A DNA stretch of 39,767 nucleotides from a phage: sequence record PV935351.1, one strand, 5' to 3'. Under the pieces are notes generated by a model that made no database searches, was not told the origin of the DNA, and worked only from the letters and a program-made list of their open reading frames with translations. Numbering within the stretch: the stretch's first letter is position 1; each line of letters starts with the position of its first letter. Below are positions 7,543-17,580 of the stretch, piece by piece. The translations under genes were made by a program, and so were the position numbers.

Positions 7543-7975
7543 GGTGGGGGATACAGTTAAATATGTTGGACCAATTGGAGCCCACATGGGACGCTCCTGT
7601 GGCAAGGTGATAATGGTTAAGAATGAGCATGTGGCTGTTGTTAAGTGGCCCCATTCATCTGAACCACTCACTCACTCCATTAGTTCCTTAAGTATTACCA
7701 AGCAGGCGCAGTCCGAGCCGATAACCATAGGTCAGGAAGATAGCGTCCGTAAGCCATCTCACTATCAGGTCTTTGACGGTGTGGAATCCATTGAGATTAT
7801 CGCTCGGTCAATGACTGTCAGCGAGTTCCGTGGCTTCTGCATGGGTAACGTCCTTAAGTATCGACTCCGGGCTGGTAAGAAGTCCGAGCTGGCTACTATG
7901 GAGAAGGACCTAAACAAAGCAGCCTTCTACCAGGAGCTGTTCGACCTGCATAAAGGTAAGTGTTATGACGTCTAG
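7535..7975 (+). CDS. 1.7: gp1.7-like protein (nucleotide kinase family, C-terminal homology only)
   Basis: 146 aa; the C-terminal 80 aa (KPSHYQVFDGVESIEIIARSMTV...LKYRLRAGKKSELA...KCY) match recalled T7 gp1.7; the N-terminal 65 aa differ and lack the Cys-rich motifs. Confidence 0.75.
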   Translation: MVKVGDTVKYVGPIGAHMGRSCGKVIMVKNEHVAVVKWPHSSEPLTHSISSLSITKQAQSEPITIGQEDSVRKPSHYQVFDGVESIEIIARSMTVSEFRGFCMGNVLKYRLRAGKKSELATMEKDLNKAAFYQELFDLHKGKCYDV

Positions 7976-8387
7976 TGATTGCATTGACCATGACTACAAC
8001 TGCAAGAGCTACGCAAATGTGTATTCCAAAGCTCATGGTAGAAACTTTGGTCTTCACCGAATAGTTCTAGCGGAGAAGTTAGGAGTCGATGTGGCTGAAA
8101 TGAAGGGAGTAGCGATGCACTCTTGTGACAATAAGAGATGTGTCAATCCTGAACACTTACAGTTAGGGACCCAGAGTCAGAACGTACTGGATGCACACTC
8201 AAGAGGACTGGTAAACGTGGTGTCTGGAGAAAAGCACCCAATGATCAAGCTCACAGACGAGCAGATTGCATATGTTCTGGGTAGTACGCTAGGCGCGAGA
8301 GCGATTGGCAGAGAGCTGGGAGTTTCACATTCGTTAATAAGCAGGTTGAGAAATGGAAAAGCAAGAGCTTCCCAGCGAGTGGGCTGA
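7965..8387 (+). CDS. HNH homing endonuclease
   Basis: 140 aa; HNH core HSCDNKRCVNPEHLQLGTQSQN; C-terminal HTH-like segment; AT-richer with AGA/AGG codons. Confidence 0.8.
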   Translation: MTSSDCIDHDYNCKSYANVYSKAHGRNFGLHRIVLAEKLGVDVAEMKGVAMHSCDNKRCVNPEHLQLGTQSQNVLDAHSRGLVNVVSGEKHPMIKLTDEQIAYVLGSTLGARAIGRELGVSHSLISRLRNGKARASQRVG

Positions 8388-8460
8388 GAGAAAATTTGAG
8401 GAGACAGGTAACGTCGATTACCTTCATCTCTACAACCAATGGAAGGAGCGTGGTCTATGA
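8353..8460 (+). CDS. hypothetical small ORF (gene 1.8 position)
   Basis: 35 aa, overlaps the HNH gene end and the gene 2 start; no clear RBS. Confidence 0.25.
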   Translation: MEKQELPSEWAERKFEETGNVDYLHLYNQWKERGL

Positions 8461-8615
8461 CTGACGTAGAAAAGAAATACATCGTGGAGCTTGAGGGTCG
8501 CGTTCAGTCATTCGATGTTCCGGTGTACGCAAAGTCTCTTGAAGAGGCTACCCTGAAGTCCCAAGAGTATGAGGACGCGGGGTTTGTGGTCGGACGGATT
8601 CGTCCTGAGACCTAA
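8457..8615 (+). CDS. 2: gp2-like inhibitor of host RNA polymerase
   Basis: 52 aa [31 protein letters not shown]...[11 protein letters not shown]; resembles recalled T7 gp2; GGAAGGAG RBS. Confidence 0.75.
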   Translation: MTDVEKKYIVELEGRVQSFDVPVYAKSLEEATLKSQEYEDAGFVVGRIRPET

Positions 8616-8633
8616 ACTATCACTGTAGGACAG
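8611..8633 (+). promoter_or_regulatory. phage RNAP promoter (variant, G at -3)
   Basis: CCTAAACTATCACTGTAGGAC; overlaps the gene 2 stop; precedes the SSB gene. Confidence 0.6.
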
Positions 8634-8673
8634 ACGTCCAGTTAGTAACTTTAAAAATAGGAGATTTACACCG

Positions 8674-9372
8674 ATGGCTAAAGAGCAACTGAAGACTTTC
8701 ACCACTCCGGTAGCTGGTATCGTTGAGCCTTACGCATGGCTGAACAAAGCAGACACCAAGTTTAATGATCGCGGTGAGCATAAGGTTAACCTGACTTTCG
8801 ACCTGAGCAACCCGAAGGTCCGTAAGATGATTGATGTCTTACAGAAGATTCACGACGATGCGTATGCGAAAGCACTCGCAGACCACGAGAAGAACCCACC
8901 TCAGGTTCAGCGTGGCAAGAAGCCTATTGAACCACGAGAAGGCGACATGCCGTGGATTGAGAATGGTGACGGTACTGTTACCCTGAAGTTTAAATGCTTT
9001 GCGTCTTACCTGAAGGATGGTAAGTCAGAGCCTATCGTATTACGGTTCTACGACACCGATGCTAAGTTAATCCGTGACGTCCCGAATATTGGCGCTGGCT
9101 CAAAGCTGAAGGTCAAGTTTAAAGTCCTGCCGTTCAAGTGGAACGCTGCGACTGGTGCAAGCGTTAAGCTCCAGCTTGAGTCCTGCCTTCTGGTAGAACT
9201 GAAGGAATGGAAAGGTGATGGTTCTGGTGGAGATGGTGGCTGGGGTGATGATGAAGACCTAGGCACTGGCTACAAAGCGTCAACCGATGGTGACTTCGGT
9301 GACGATGACTTCGGTGACGATGGTTCCGAAGGCGGTGACGACTCCAACTCTGGTGGCGATTACGACTTCTAA
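8674..9372 (+). CDS. 2.5: single-stranded DNA-binding protein
   Basis: 232 aa; GKKP...EGDMPW and GASVKLQLES match recalled T7 gp2.5; acidic C-tail ending in Phe (GGDYDF). Confidence 0.95.
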   Translation: MAKEQLKTFTTPVAGIVEPYAWLNKADTKFNDRGEHKVNLTFDLSNPKVRKMIDVLQKIHDDAYAKALADHEKNPPQVQRGKKPIEPREGDMPWIENGDGTVTLKFKCFASYLKDGKSEPIVLRFYDTDAKLIRDVPNIGAGSKLKVKFKVLPFKWNAATGASVKLQLESCLLVELKEWKGDGSGGDGGWGDDEDLGTGYKASTDGDFGDDDFGDDGSEGGDDSNSGGDYDF

Positions 9373-9824
9373 TGGCCCAATGGTCTGCAAAACGGGGGCA
9401 CTCTGTGGGTGCCTACCGCTCTGGACTTGAAGCCAAGAACCAGCAGTGGCTGGAACAGAACGGCGTCAAAGCGGAGTACGAAAGCCATTATATCAACTAT
9501 GTGATTCCGGCTTCCGACCACAAGTACACACCAGATTTTATCCTTCCTAACGGTATTATCGTGGAGACCAAAGGTATCTTCGATAGTGATGACCGTAAGA
9601 AGCACCTTCTGGTACGAGAACAGCACCCAGAGTTAGACATTCGGTTCGTGTTCTCAAGTTCCCGCTCCAAGTTATACAAAGGGTCTCCGACCACGTATGG
9701 CGCATGGTGCGAAAAGAACGGCTATAAGTATGCCGACAAGTTTATCCCGGTTGAGTGGCTGAAAGAGGCGACTGTACGTCTTCCTTCCGGCATCCTCATC
9801 CCTAAGAAGAAAGGAGTTAAGTGA
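9372..9824 (+). CDS. 3: endonuclease I (Holliday junction resolvase)
   Basis: 150 aa; YVIPASDHKYTPDF...GIIVETKG...DDRKKHLLVREQHPELDIRFVFSSSRSKLYKGSPT matches recalled T7 gp3. Confidence 0.95.
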   Translation: MAQWSAKRGHSVGAYRSGLEAKNQQWLEQNGVKAEYESHYINYVIPASDHKYTPDFILPNGIIVETKGIFDSDDRKKHLLVREQHPELDIRFVFSSSRSKLYKGSPTTYGAWCEKNGYKYADKFIPVEWLKEATVRLPSGILIPKKKGVK

Positions 9825-10315
9825 TGACTCAGAAATATAGACTTAAAGTTAGCCGCTACGGGTGGCCTGAAGGTACTATCGTTACGAAATGTGCGAAAGA
9901 CCCGTACCCAACGCCATTATCGACTCTGGTAGAAACCTCCGAGCGTGGCACCTACAAGCACGGAGCAGAAGGGCATAACACGCAGCCTGATGGTATGTGG
10001 GGGGCATGGGTCTGTGATCATGAACTTGAGGAAATCAAGCCGGAAGAGAAACTCACTGGTGTACAGACCACTCAAGTCCTGCCAGCCTCAAGTGTCCCTC
10101 CTGTCACCGTTAAGCGTGAAGTCCTGACCATCGACAAGATTGGTGTAGGCCAGACGTTCATCGTCCACGGAAAGCCTGAAGAAGTTTATGTGAAGATTAG
10201 CAACTCACACGTCTTCAACCATAAGCGTCTCCAGATGCACACCACGGACGCACAACGCTTCACCCAGCACCTGAATCTAGTGGTCGTAGAAGTGGTGGTG
10301 TACAATGGTAAGTAA
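9824..10315 (+). CDS. hypothetical protein with no T7 counterpart at this position
   Basis: 163 aa from ATG 9824 (AAGGAG RBS; the track start at 9821 is a GTG); no motif recognised. Confidence 0.7.
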   Translation: MTQKYRLKVSRYGWPEGTIVTKCAKDPYPTPLSTLVETSERGTYKHGAEGHNTQPDGMWGAWVCDHELEEIKPEEKLTGVQTTQVLPASSVPPVTVKREVLTIDKIGVGQTFIVHGKPEEVYVKISNSHVFNHKRLQMHTTDAQRFTQHLNLVVVEVVVYNGK

Positions 10316-10763
10316 GGTACAGTTCAACCCACGGTCCCGTACTGACGCTATCTTCGTTCACTGTTCGGCTACCAAGCCAGATATGGACATCGGGGTAGAT
10401 ACCATCCGTATGTGGCACAAGCAGCAAGGCTGGCTGGACGTAGGCTACCACTTTATCATCAAGCGTGATGGCACTGTAGAAGAGGGTCGCCCGGTCAATG
10501 TCGTAGGGTCACACGTTAAGGATTGGAACTCCCGGTCCGTAGGAGTCTGCCTTGTAGGGGGAATTGACGCTAAGGGTCAGTTTGAAGCTAACTTCACTCC
10601 AGCCCAGATGAACTCCCTGCGCAACAAGCTGGCTGACCTGAAGTCCATGTATCCTCAGGCAGAAATCAAAGCACACCATGACGTAGCACCTAAGGCGTGT
10701 CCAAGTTTCGACTTGCAACGCTGGCTGTCTACTAATGAACTGGTCACTTCAGACCGTGGTTAG
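10305..10763 (+). CDS. 3.5: N-acetylmuramoyl-L-alanine amidase (T7 lysozyme)
   Basis: 152 aa; TDAIFVHCSATKP...WLDVGYHFIIKRDGTVEEGR...HHDVAPKACPSFDL...NELVTSDRG nearly identical to recalled T7 gp3.5. Confidence 0.97.
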   Translation: MVSKVQFNPRSRTDAIFVHCSATKPDMDIGVDTIRMWHKQQGWLDVGYHFIIKRDGTVEEGRPVNVVGSHVKDWNSRSVGVCLVGGIDAKGQFEANFTPAQMNSLRNKLADLKSMYPQAEIKAHHDVAPKACPSFDLQRWLSTNELVTSDRG

Positions 10764-10787
10764 TAAACTCTAAAGGAGAATAACTCG

Positions 10788-11003
10788 ATGATTAAACTTA
10801 TTGAATTTCTTGGTCGTCTGGTGGTGCGTGGTTATCGTCGTGCTGCGATACTGGAACGAAAGGTAGAAAAGAAGACTGCTGACAGTGCGGCTGATGCTGC
10901 TGCTCTGGCCGACAAGCTGACCATCGAGTCACTGGAAGCTGGCATGAAGGCTCGTCAGGCTGATACCAAAGCTGACCAATTGGCTCAGTTCTTCAAAGCC
11001 TAA
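10788..11003 (+). CDS. hypothetical protein
   Basis: 71 aa, hydrophobic N-terminus then Ala/Lys-rich helix; AAGGAGA RBS. Confidence 0.6.
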   Translation: MIKLIEFLGRLVVRGYRRAAILERKVEKKTADSAADAAALADKLTIESLEAGMKARQADTKADQLAQFFKA

Positions 11004-11021
11004 ACTATCACCTTAGGGATG
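10999..11021 (+). promoter_or_regulatory. degenerate phage-promoter-like sequence upstream of gene 4
   Basis: CTAAACTATCACCTTAGGGA; two changes at -4/-3 relative to the other promoters. Confidence 0.35.
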
Positions 11022-11041
11022 GGACCGCTAGTCCTGTCCCT
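11015..11041 (+). other. stable hairpin in the gene 4 leader
   Basis: AGGGATGGGA / TCCTGTCCCT 10-bp stem (two G-U pairs), 7-nt loop, followed by TTGTT. Confidence 0.5.
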
Positions 11042-11068
11042 TTGTTCGCATTTGTGATTAAGGAGTGA

Positions 11069-12948
<1,880 letters not shown>

Positions 12949-12951
12949 GTC

Positions 12952-12998
12952 TAGACTCAAGGTCATTCACATCGAGTGGCCTTTATGATTAGACTAAA
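12952..12998 (+). ncRNA. conserved structured RNA element, copy B (candidate RNase III site)
   Basis: TAGACTCAAGGTCAT, 9 variable nt, GTGGCCTTTATGATTAGACTAAAC. Confidence 0.55.
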
Positions 12999-13011
12999 CG
13001 GAGGATTAACC

Positions 13012-13413
13012 ATGTTTGATTGCATTGAGTGGACCGGGTGTCGAGATAGTTTCGGCTATGGTATGCGAAAGGTCAACGGGAAGGTCCGTAGACTACATCT
13101 GATAGCCTTCGAGGAGGCGAATGGTCCGATACCAGAGGGAATGGTCGTGAGGCACAAATGTGACAACCCTGCGTGCTACAATCCAGAACACTTGGAGCTG
13201 GGGACAAGGGCTGAGAACAATCACGATAGAGACGTTAGAGGTCGAACCGCTAAAGGCGTGCGACATGGAAGCTCTAAGCTTACACCTGAAATAGTACAAG
13301 AGGCCAAGGCTCTTTACGCAGTAGGTGGCTGGACTCACCGCTCATTAGGTAAGAAGTATGGAGTGGGTCACCGCACACTGGCTAGAGCAATTGGAGGAAA
13401 AACATGGACTTAA
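13012..13413 (+). CDS. HNH homing endonuclease
   Basis: 134 aa from ATG 13012 (GGAGG RBS); HKCDNPACYNPEHLELGTRAENNHD core; C-terminal HTH-like segment; AGA/AGG codons. Confidence 0.8.
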   Translation: MFDCIEWTGCRDSFGYGMRKVNGKVRRLHLIAFEEANGPIPEGMVVRHKCDNPACYNPEHLELGTRAENNHDRDVRGRTAKGVRHGSSKLTPEIVQEAKALYAVGGWTHRSLGKKYGVGHRTLARAIGGKTWT

Positions 13414-15572
13414 GTAACGTATATGGGTCTGACATCGAGACCAACGGTCTCCTTGATACAGTCTCCCAGTTTCACTGTGGGGTCCTGATTAACGCCGAGT
13501 CGAATGAGACCCTTAAGTATGGGGTAGCTCCGATGGTCGGTATCGTCGGTGGCTTCAAAGAGTATGTACAGAAGGTGGAAGAGATTGCCGCATCACCTGA
13601 TGGTATGCTGGTATTCCACAACGGTATCAACTATGACGTCCCGGCTATTGACAAGCTGAAGCGTCTGTACTTTGGGAAACGCTTTAACTTCCCGAAACAC
13701 AAGATGATTGATACCTTGGTGCTTGGGCGCTTGATGTATCCAAACATTAAGTTCTCAGACATGGGCGCAGTGAAAGCTGGTCGTCTGCCACCTAAGATGA
13801 TGGGACGCCAGTCTCTTGAGGCTTGGGGCTATCGTCTCGGTGAGATGAAAGGTGAGTACAAACACGATTACGTTGCCAAGTGCAAGGCTGAAGGTATCGA
13901 ATATAAGGCTGGGGACGAATGGTTGTTCCCATCTCAGGAGATGCTAGACTATAACGTTCAAGACGTTGTGGTCACACTGGCGTTGTTCAAGAAGTTCCTG
14001 ACTGACAAGTATTACTTCCAGTCTGAACAGTTCGCTTTCGACCAGATTTATGCGTTGCGTCTGGAACATGATGCTGCGTGGACCTGTGCGAAGATGGAAC
14101 GTAACGGCTATCCGATGAACACCGAGATGGTCGAAGGCTTATATCGTGAACTCACCGTCAAACGTGCAGAGTTGTTGGACAAGCTGCGTTCGACTTTCGG
14201 TAGCTGGTATGCACCAAAGGGAGGCAAGGAGTTCTTCAAGCACCCACGGACAGGCAAGGACCTTCCGAAGTATCCGCGAGTCGTGTATCCTAAGGTCGGG
14301 TCAGTATTCAAGAAGCCGAAGAACAAAGCTCAACGCTTAGGTCTGGAACCTTGCGAGTTCGACTCACGAGACACGATGGAGGGAGCGCCGTTCACACCTA
14401 TCACTTACGTTGAGTTTAATCCGGGAAGCGGGGACCACTTAGCGAAAGTCCTGATGGAGCGTGGCTGGGAGCCTGTGGACTTCACTGACACCGGGAAACC
14501 TGTAGTCGATGACGAGACGTTAGAACACGTTAAGTTACCAGACGAAGAGGCTCAGGCTTGCGTAGAGCTGGTCCGTGAGTACCTGGTAGTCCAGAAGCGC
14601 ATCGGTCAGGCTGCTGAAGGTAAGAACGCATGGTTGAAACTTGTAGGTCCAGACGGACGTATGCACGGTTCAATCAACCCATGCGGTGCAGTAACAGGAC
14701 GTGCGACTCATAGTTCACCAAACATGGCTCAGGTCCCTGCTAACGGTGCTCCGTATGGTGAGATTTGCCGGGGTGCTTTCGGTGCAGCTTGGAACAAGAC
14801 GGATGGTAAGCCAGACCCTTGGATTCAAGTGGGTGTGGATGCTTCAGGTCTTGAGCTTCGTTGTCTGGGGAACCGAGCGGCTCCGTTTGATGGTGGTGCC
14901 TATGCGAAGACTGTGGTAGAAGGCGACATCCACTGGGCCAACGCAGTAAACGCTGGGTTAGCACCTAACGTCCCACGCGATAAGGCGAACCACGACCATG
15001 ATGCTTTCCGTAACAACGCTAAGACGTTCATCTATGCGTTCCTGTATGGTGCAGGGGCCGCTAAGATTGGACTGATAGTAGGCGGTGGTAAGAAGGAAGG
15101 TTCAGCTCTCATGAAGAAATTCATTGAGGGTACACCAGCCATCAAAGACCTCAGGGAAGCTGTGAGTAGTACGTTAATCTCAGACTCTAAGTGGGTGGAC
15201 GGAGAGAACATCGTCAAGTGGAAACGCCGTTGGTTGCGTGGACTTGATGGTCGCCGTATCCACATCCGGTCGCCACACTCAGCACTGAACGCCTTACTTC
15301 AAGGCGATGGTGCGGTAGTCTGTAAGCACTGGATTGTCGAGACTGAACGTATGCTTGAAGAGGCAGGGTATGTTCACGGCTGGGAAGGAGACTTTGCGTA
15401 CATGGCATGGGTTCACGACGAATTGCAGATTGCGTGCCGTACTCAGGAGATTGCCGAAGAAGTAGTCAAGATTGCTCAACTTGCTATGCGTAAGGTGGGT
15501 GAGTTCTATAACTTTAAATGTGTCCTTGATACCGAAGGTAAGATTGGACCAACGTGGAAGGAGTGTCACTAA
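13404..15572 (+). CDS. 5: DNA polymerase (family A, T7 gp5 type)
   Basis: 722 aa; N-terminal exonuclease motif SDIETNGL; LEAWGYRLGEMKGEY, KTFIYAFLYGAG and YMAWVHDE match recalled T7 gp5. Confidence 0.98.
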   Translation: MDLSNVYGSDIETNGLLDTVSQFHCGVLINAESNETLKYGVAPMVGIVGGFKEYVQKVEEIAASPDGMLVFHNGINYDVPAIDKLKRLYFGKRFNFPKHKMIDTLVLGRLMYPNIKFSDMGAVKAGRLPPKMMGRQSLEAWGYRLGEMKGEYKHDYVAKCKAEGIEYKAGDEWLFPSQEMLDYNVQDVVVTLALFKKFLTDKYYFQSEQFAFDQIYALRLEHDAAWTCAKMERNGYPMNTEMVEGLYRELTVKRAELLDKLRSTFGSWYAPKGGKEFFKHPRTGKDLPKYPRVVYPKVGSVFKKPKNKAQRLGLEPCEFDSRDTMEGAPFTPITYVEFNPGSGDHLAKVLMERGWEPVDFTDTGKPVVDDETLEHVKLPDEEAQACVELVREYLVVQKRIGQAAEGKNAWLKLVGPDGRMHGSINPCGAVTGRATHSSPNMAQVPANGAPYGEICRGAFGAAWNKTDGKPDPWIQVGVDASGLELRCLGNRAAPFDGGAYAKTVVEGDIHWANAVNAGLAPNVPRDKANHDHDAFRNNAKTFIYAFLYGAGAAKIGLIVGGGKKEGSALMKKFIEGTPAIKDLREAVSSTLISDSKWVDGENIVKWKRRWLRGLDGRRIHIRSPHSALNALLQGDGAVVCKHWIVETERMLEEAGYVHGWEGDFAYMAWVHDELQIACRTQEIAEEVVKIAQLAMRKVGEFYNFKCVLDTEGKIGPTWKECH

Positions 15573-15730
15573 TGGCTAAAACTTATAGCGAGCAGGAGGT
15601 CAAAGACCTGATGCGGTCAGCTTGGTGGTGTGGACACGAGGAGTCTCGTTATAGTCCAAACCTCAGTGGACAGTGCAGTCGAGACATTCGTGAAATTCTG
15701 AAAGAACATAACGAAGAAGGAGAAGACTAA
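15572..15730 (+). CDS. hypothetical small protein
   Basis: 52 aa, ATG overlaps the gene 5 stop (TAATG), translationally coupled. Confidence 0.5.
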   Translation: MAKTYSEQEVKDLMRSAWWCGHEESRYSPNLSGQCSRDIREILKEHNEEGED

Positions 15731-16014
15731 TGGCTATTACTAAACGTATTCGTGTGAGTTTTGACCTGAAGATGGTTGTTAGCTCAAAGAGAGAAGATAC
15801 AGTGTGTCGCCAACTGGCTGAGATGACTAAAGCCTACGCTGATGGTGAGAAGCTGGATGGGCTTCAGATGGCTTTGGTCAAAGCAGCAATAGAGTCAGGC
15901 CCTGAGTCTGCCATTGAAATTGTCACCAAGAAGATCATCAAGGAGGAGCTGGTAGACGCCTTTGGTGAGGGTCAGTCCGGTGTGTCCAACCTGCGATTCG
16001 AGGTCAAGCAATGA
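15730..16014 (+). CDS. 5.5: gp5.5-like protein (T7 gp5.5 binds host H-NS)
   Basis: 94 aa; MAITKRIRVSFDL resembles the recalled T7 gp5.5 N-terminus (MAMTKRFKVSFDV). Confidence 0.75.
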   Translation: MAITKRIRVSFDLKMVVSSKREDTVCRQLAEMTKAYADGEKLDGLQMALVKAAIESGPESAIEIVTKKIIKEELVDAFGEGQSGVSNLRFEVKQ

Positions 16015-16220
16015 GTGAATACTTACGGGTCCTAGCGGCCCTTAAGTCCTGCCCGAAGACCTTCCAGTCCAACTATGTGCGCAACAATGCAGCACTGGTG
16101 GCTGAGGCTGCGAGTCGTGGACATCTGAGCTGTCTGTCTATGGACGGGCGTAACAACGGTGCGTGGGAGATTACCGCTGCCGGCACCAAGTTCCTGAACC
16201 AACACGGAGGCTGCCTGTGA
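16011..16220 (+). CDS. 5.7: gp5.7-like protein
   Basis: 69 aa; MSEYLRVLAALKSCPKTFQSNYVRNNAALVAEAASRGH near-identical to recalled T7 gp5.7. Confidence 0.9.
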   Translation: MSEYLRVLAALKSCPKTFQSNYVRNNAALVAEAASRGHLSCLSMDGRNNGAWEITAAGTKFLNQHGGCL

Positions 16221-17083
16221 GCGAAAAGAAAATAGCTCTTGTGTTAGATGGTGACTACTTAGTGTTTTCATCTATGGCTGCTGCTGAGGACGAGACTGAC
16301 TGGGGTGATGATATTTATACCCTTATCTGCGACCACGCCAAGGCTCGTCGTATCCTTGAGAACACCATCGCTGAAATCGTTAAGAAGCGCAAGGCGTGGA
16401 AAGACGCTAAGATTGTGATGTGCTTTACTGACGATAACAACTGGCGTAAGGACATTCTGCCTACCTATAAGGCCAACCGTAAAGGTTCTCGCAAGCCTGT
16501 AGGTTACAAGAAGTTCGTAGCCGAAGTGATGGCTGACCCACGGTTCAACAGCTTCCTGCGTCCTACGCTTGAAGGTGATGACTGTATGGGTATCATCGGG
16601 ACCCGACCTCAGATTGTCGGATGCGACCATGCGGTGCTGGTGTCCTGTGATAAGGACTTCAAGACAATCCCGAACTGTGAGTTCTTCTGGTTAACCACTG
16701 GTGAAATCCTGAGTCATACGACTGCTGAGGCAGACTACTGGCACATGGAGCAGACCATCAAGGGTGACACTACAGATGGCTACGGAGGTATTCCGGGGAT
16801 GGGTGAGGACACCACTCGCGCGTTCCTTTACGAGCCGTACTACTTCGTGCAGGAGAGCCGTGAGCTTAAGACTGGTAAGAACAAAGGCCAGATTAAGACT
16901 GAGTGGAAGAAGTATCCGAAGCGTGAAGACATGACGCTGTGGGACTGCATGGTTACACTGGCTGCTAAGGCCGGAATGACCGAGGAGGAACTTCTGGTCC
17001 AAGCTCAGGTCGCTCGTATTTGTCGAGCCTCTGACTATGACCCTAAGTACAAGGAGGTCATCCTATGGACACCATCCATGTAA
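16217..17083 (+). CDS. 6: 5'-3' exonuclease
   Basis: About 288 aa from GTG 16217 (GGAGG RBS 6 nt upstream); CDHAKARRILE, VSCDKDFKTIPNC, WDC...AKAGMTEEE match recalled T7 gp6. The track start at 16163 overlaps gene 5.7. Confidence 0.93.
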   Translation: MSEKKIALVLDGDYLVFSSMAAAEDETDWGDDIYTLICDHAKARRILENTIAEIVKKRKAWKDAKIVMCFTDDNNWRKDILPTYKANRKGSRKPVGYKKFVAEVMADPRFNSFLRPTLEGDDCMGIIGTRPQIVGCDHAVLVSCDKDFKTIPNCEFFWLTTGEILSHTTAEADYWHMEQTIKGDTTDGYGGIPGMGEDTTRAFLYEPYYFVQESRELKTGKNKGQIKTEWKKYPKREDMTLWDCMVTLAAKAGMTEEELLVQAQVARICRASDYDPKYKEVILWTPSM

Positions 17084-17157
17084 TTTACTGGGTCGGACTT
17101 CTGGCCCTTTACTGCATGTACAAGTGGTTCGGGTCGAACAACCGTCCTAAACACTGA
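17065..17157 (+). CDS. hypothetical small hydrophobic peptide (gene 6.3 position)
   Basis: 30 aa MDTIHVIYWVGLLALYCMYKWFGSNNRPKH; AAGGAGG RBS 8 nt upstream. Confidence 0.4.
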   Translation: MDTIHVIYWVGLLALYCMYKWFGSNNRPKH

Positions 17158-17209
17158 GTCTAACCGATAGTCATATCCTATCAATCCAACAGTCATCCAT
17201 AGGTGGAAC

Positions 17210-17232
17210 ACTAAACTATCACTATAGGGACT
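17210..17232 (+). promoter_or_regulatory. phage RNAP promoter
   Basis: CTAAACTATCACTATAGGGAC, +1 G at 17227; flanked by a 9-bp inverted repeat (17169-17177 / 17244-17252). Confidence 0.8.
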
Positions 17233-17293
17233 TTAGGACCTAAGATATGACTATAAGATAGACTTTAGTCTTAACTTAAAGAGGAGATTCAAG

Positions 17294-17566
17294 ATGGCTC
17301 TTAATGCTATTGAAAACGTTGTTAAGCAGTTACAGGAAGAAAGACTCGATGTCCCTAACATCTCCCAGTCTGCCATCCAGTTCCTGCACGTATTGTTCAA
17401 CGCAAGCTATGCTGAGAAGATGGGAGTTATCAGTCTCCTCAAGCAGCAAGGCTACAGCGATGCGTTCATTGCCGGGTTCATCAAGGGTCTCCAGTATTGT
17501 TCTGACACTCTCGACTCTGCGATTGCTATGCGTCGTGAGCTGAAAGATACCGTTCAGTTCGATTAA
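17294..17566 (+). CDS. 6.5: gp6.5-like hypothetical protein
   Basis: 90 aa; AGAGGAGA RBS; assigned by position after the promoter. Confidence 0.7.
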   Translation: MALNAIENVVKQLQEERLDVPNISQSAIQFLHVLFNASYAEKMGVISLLKQQGYSDAFIAGFIKGLQYCSDTLDSAIAMRRELKDTVQFD

Positions 17567-17580
17567 CTGTAGGAGGGACT

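Noticed and set aside
16163-16216. Upstream ATG start for gene 6 as given in the ORF track
   Set aside because: Would overlap the last 58 nt of gene 5.7 in another frame; GTG at 16217 with a GGAGG RBS aligns with the T7 gp6 N-terminus.
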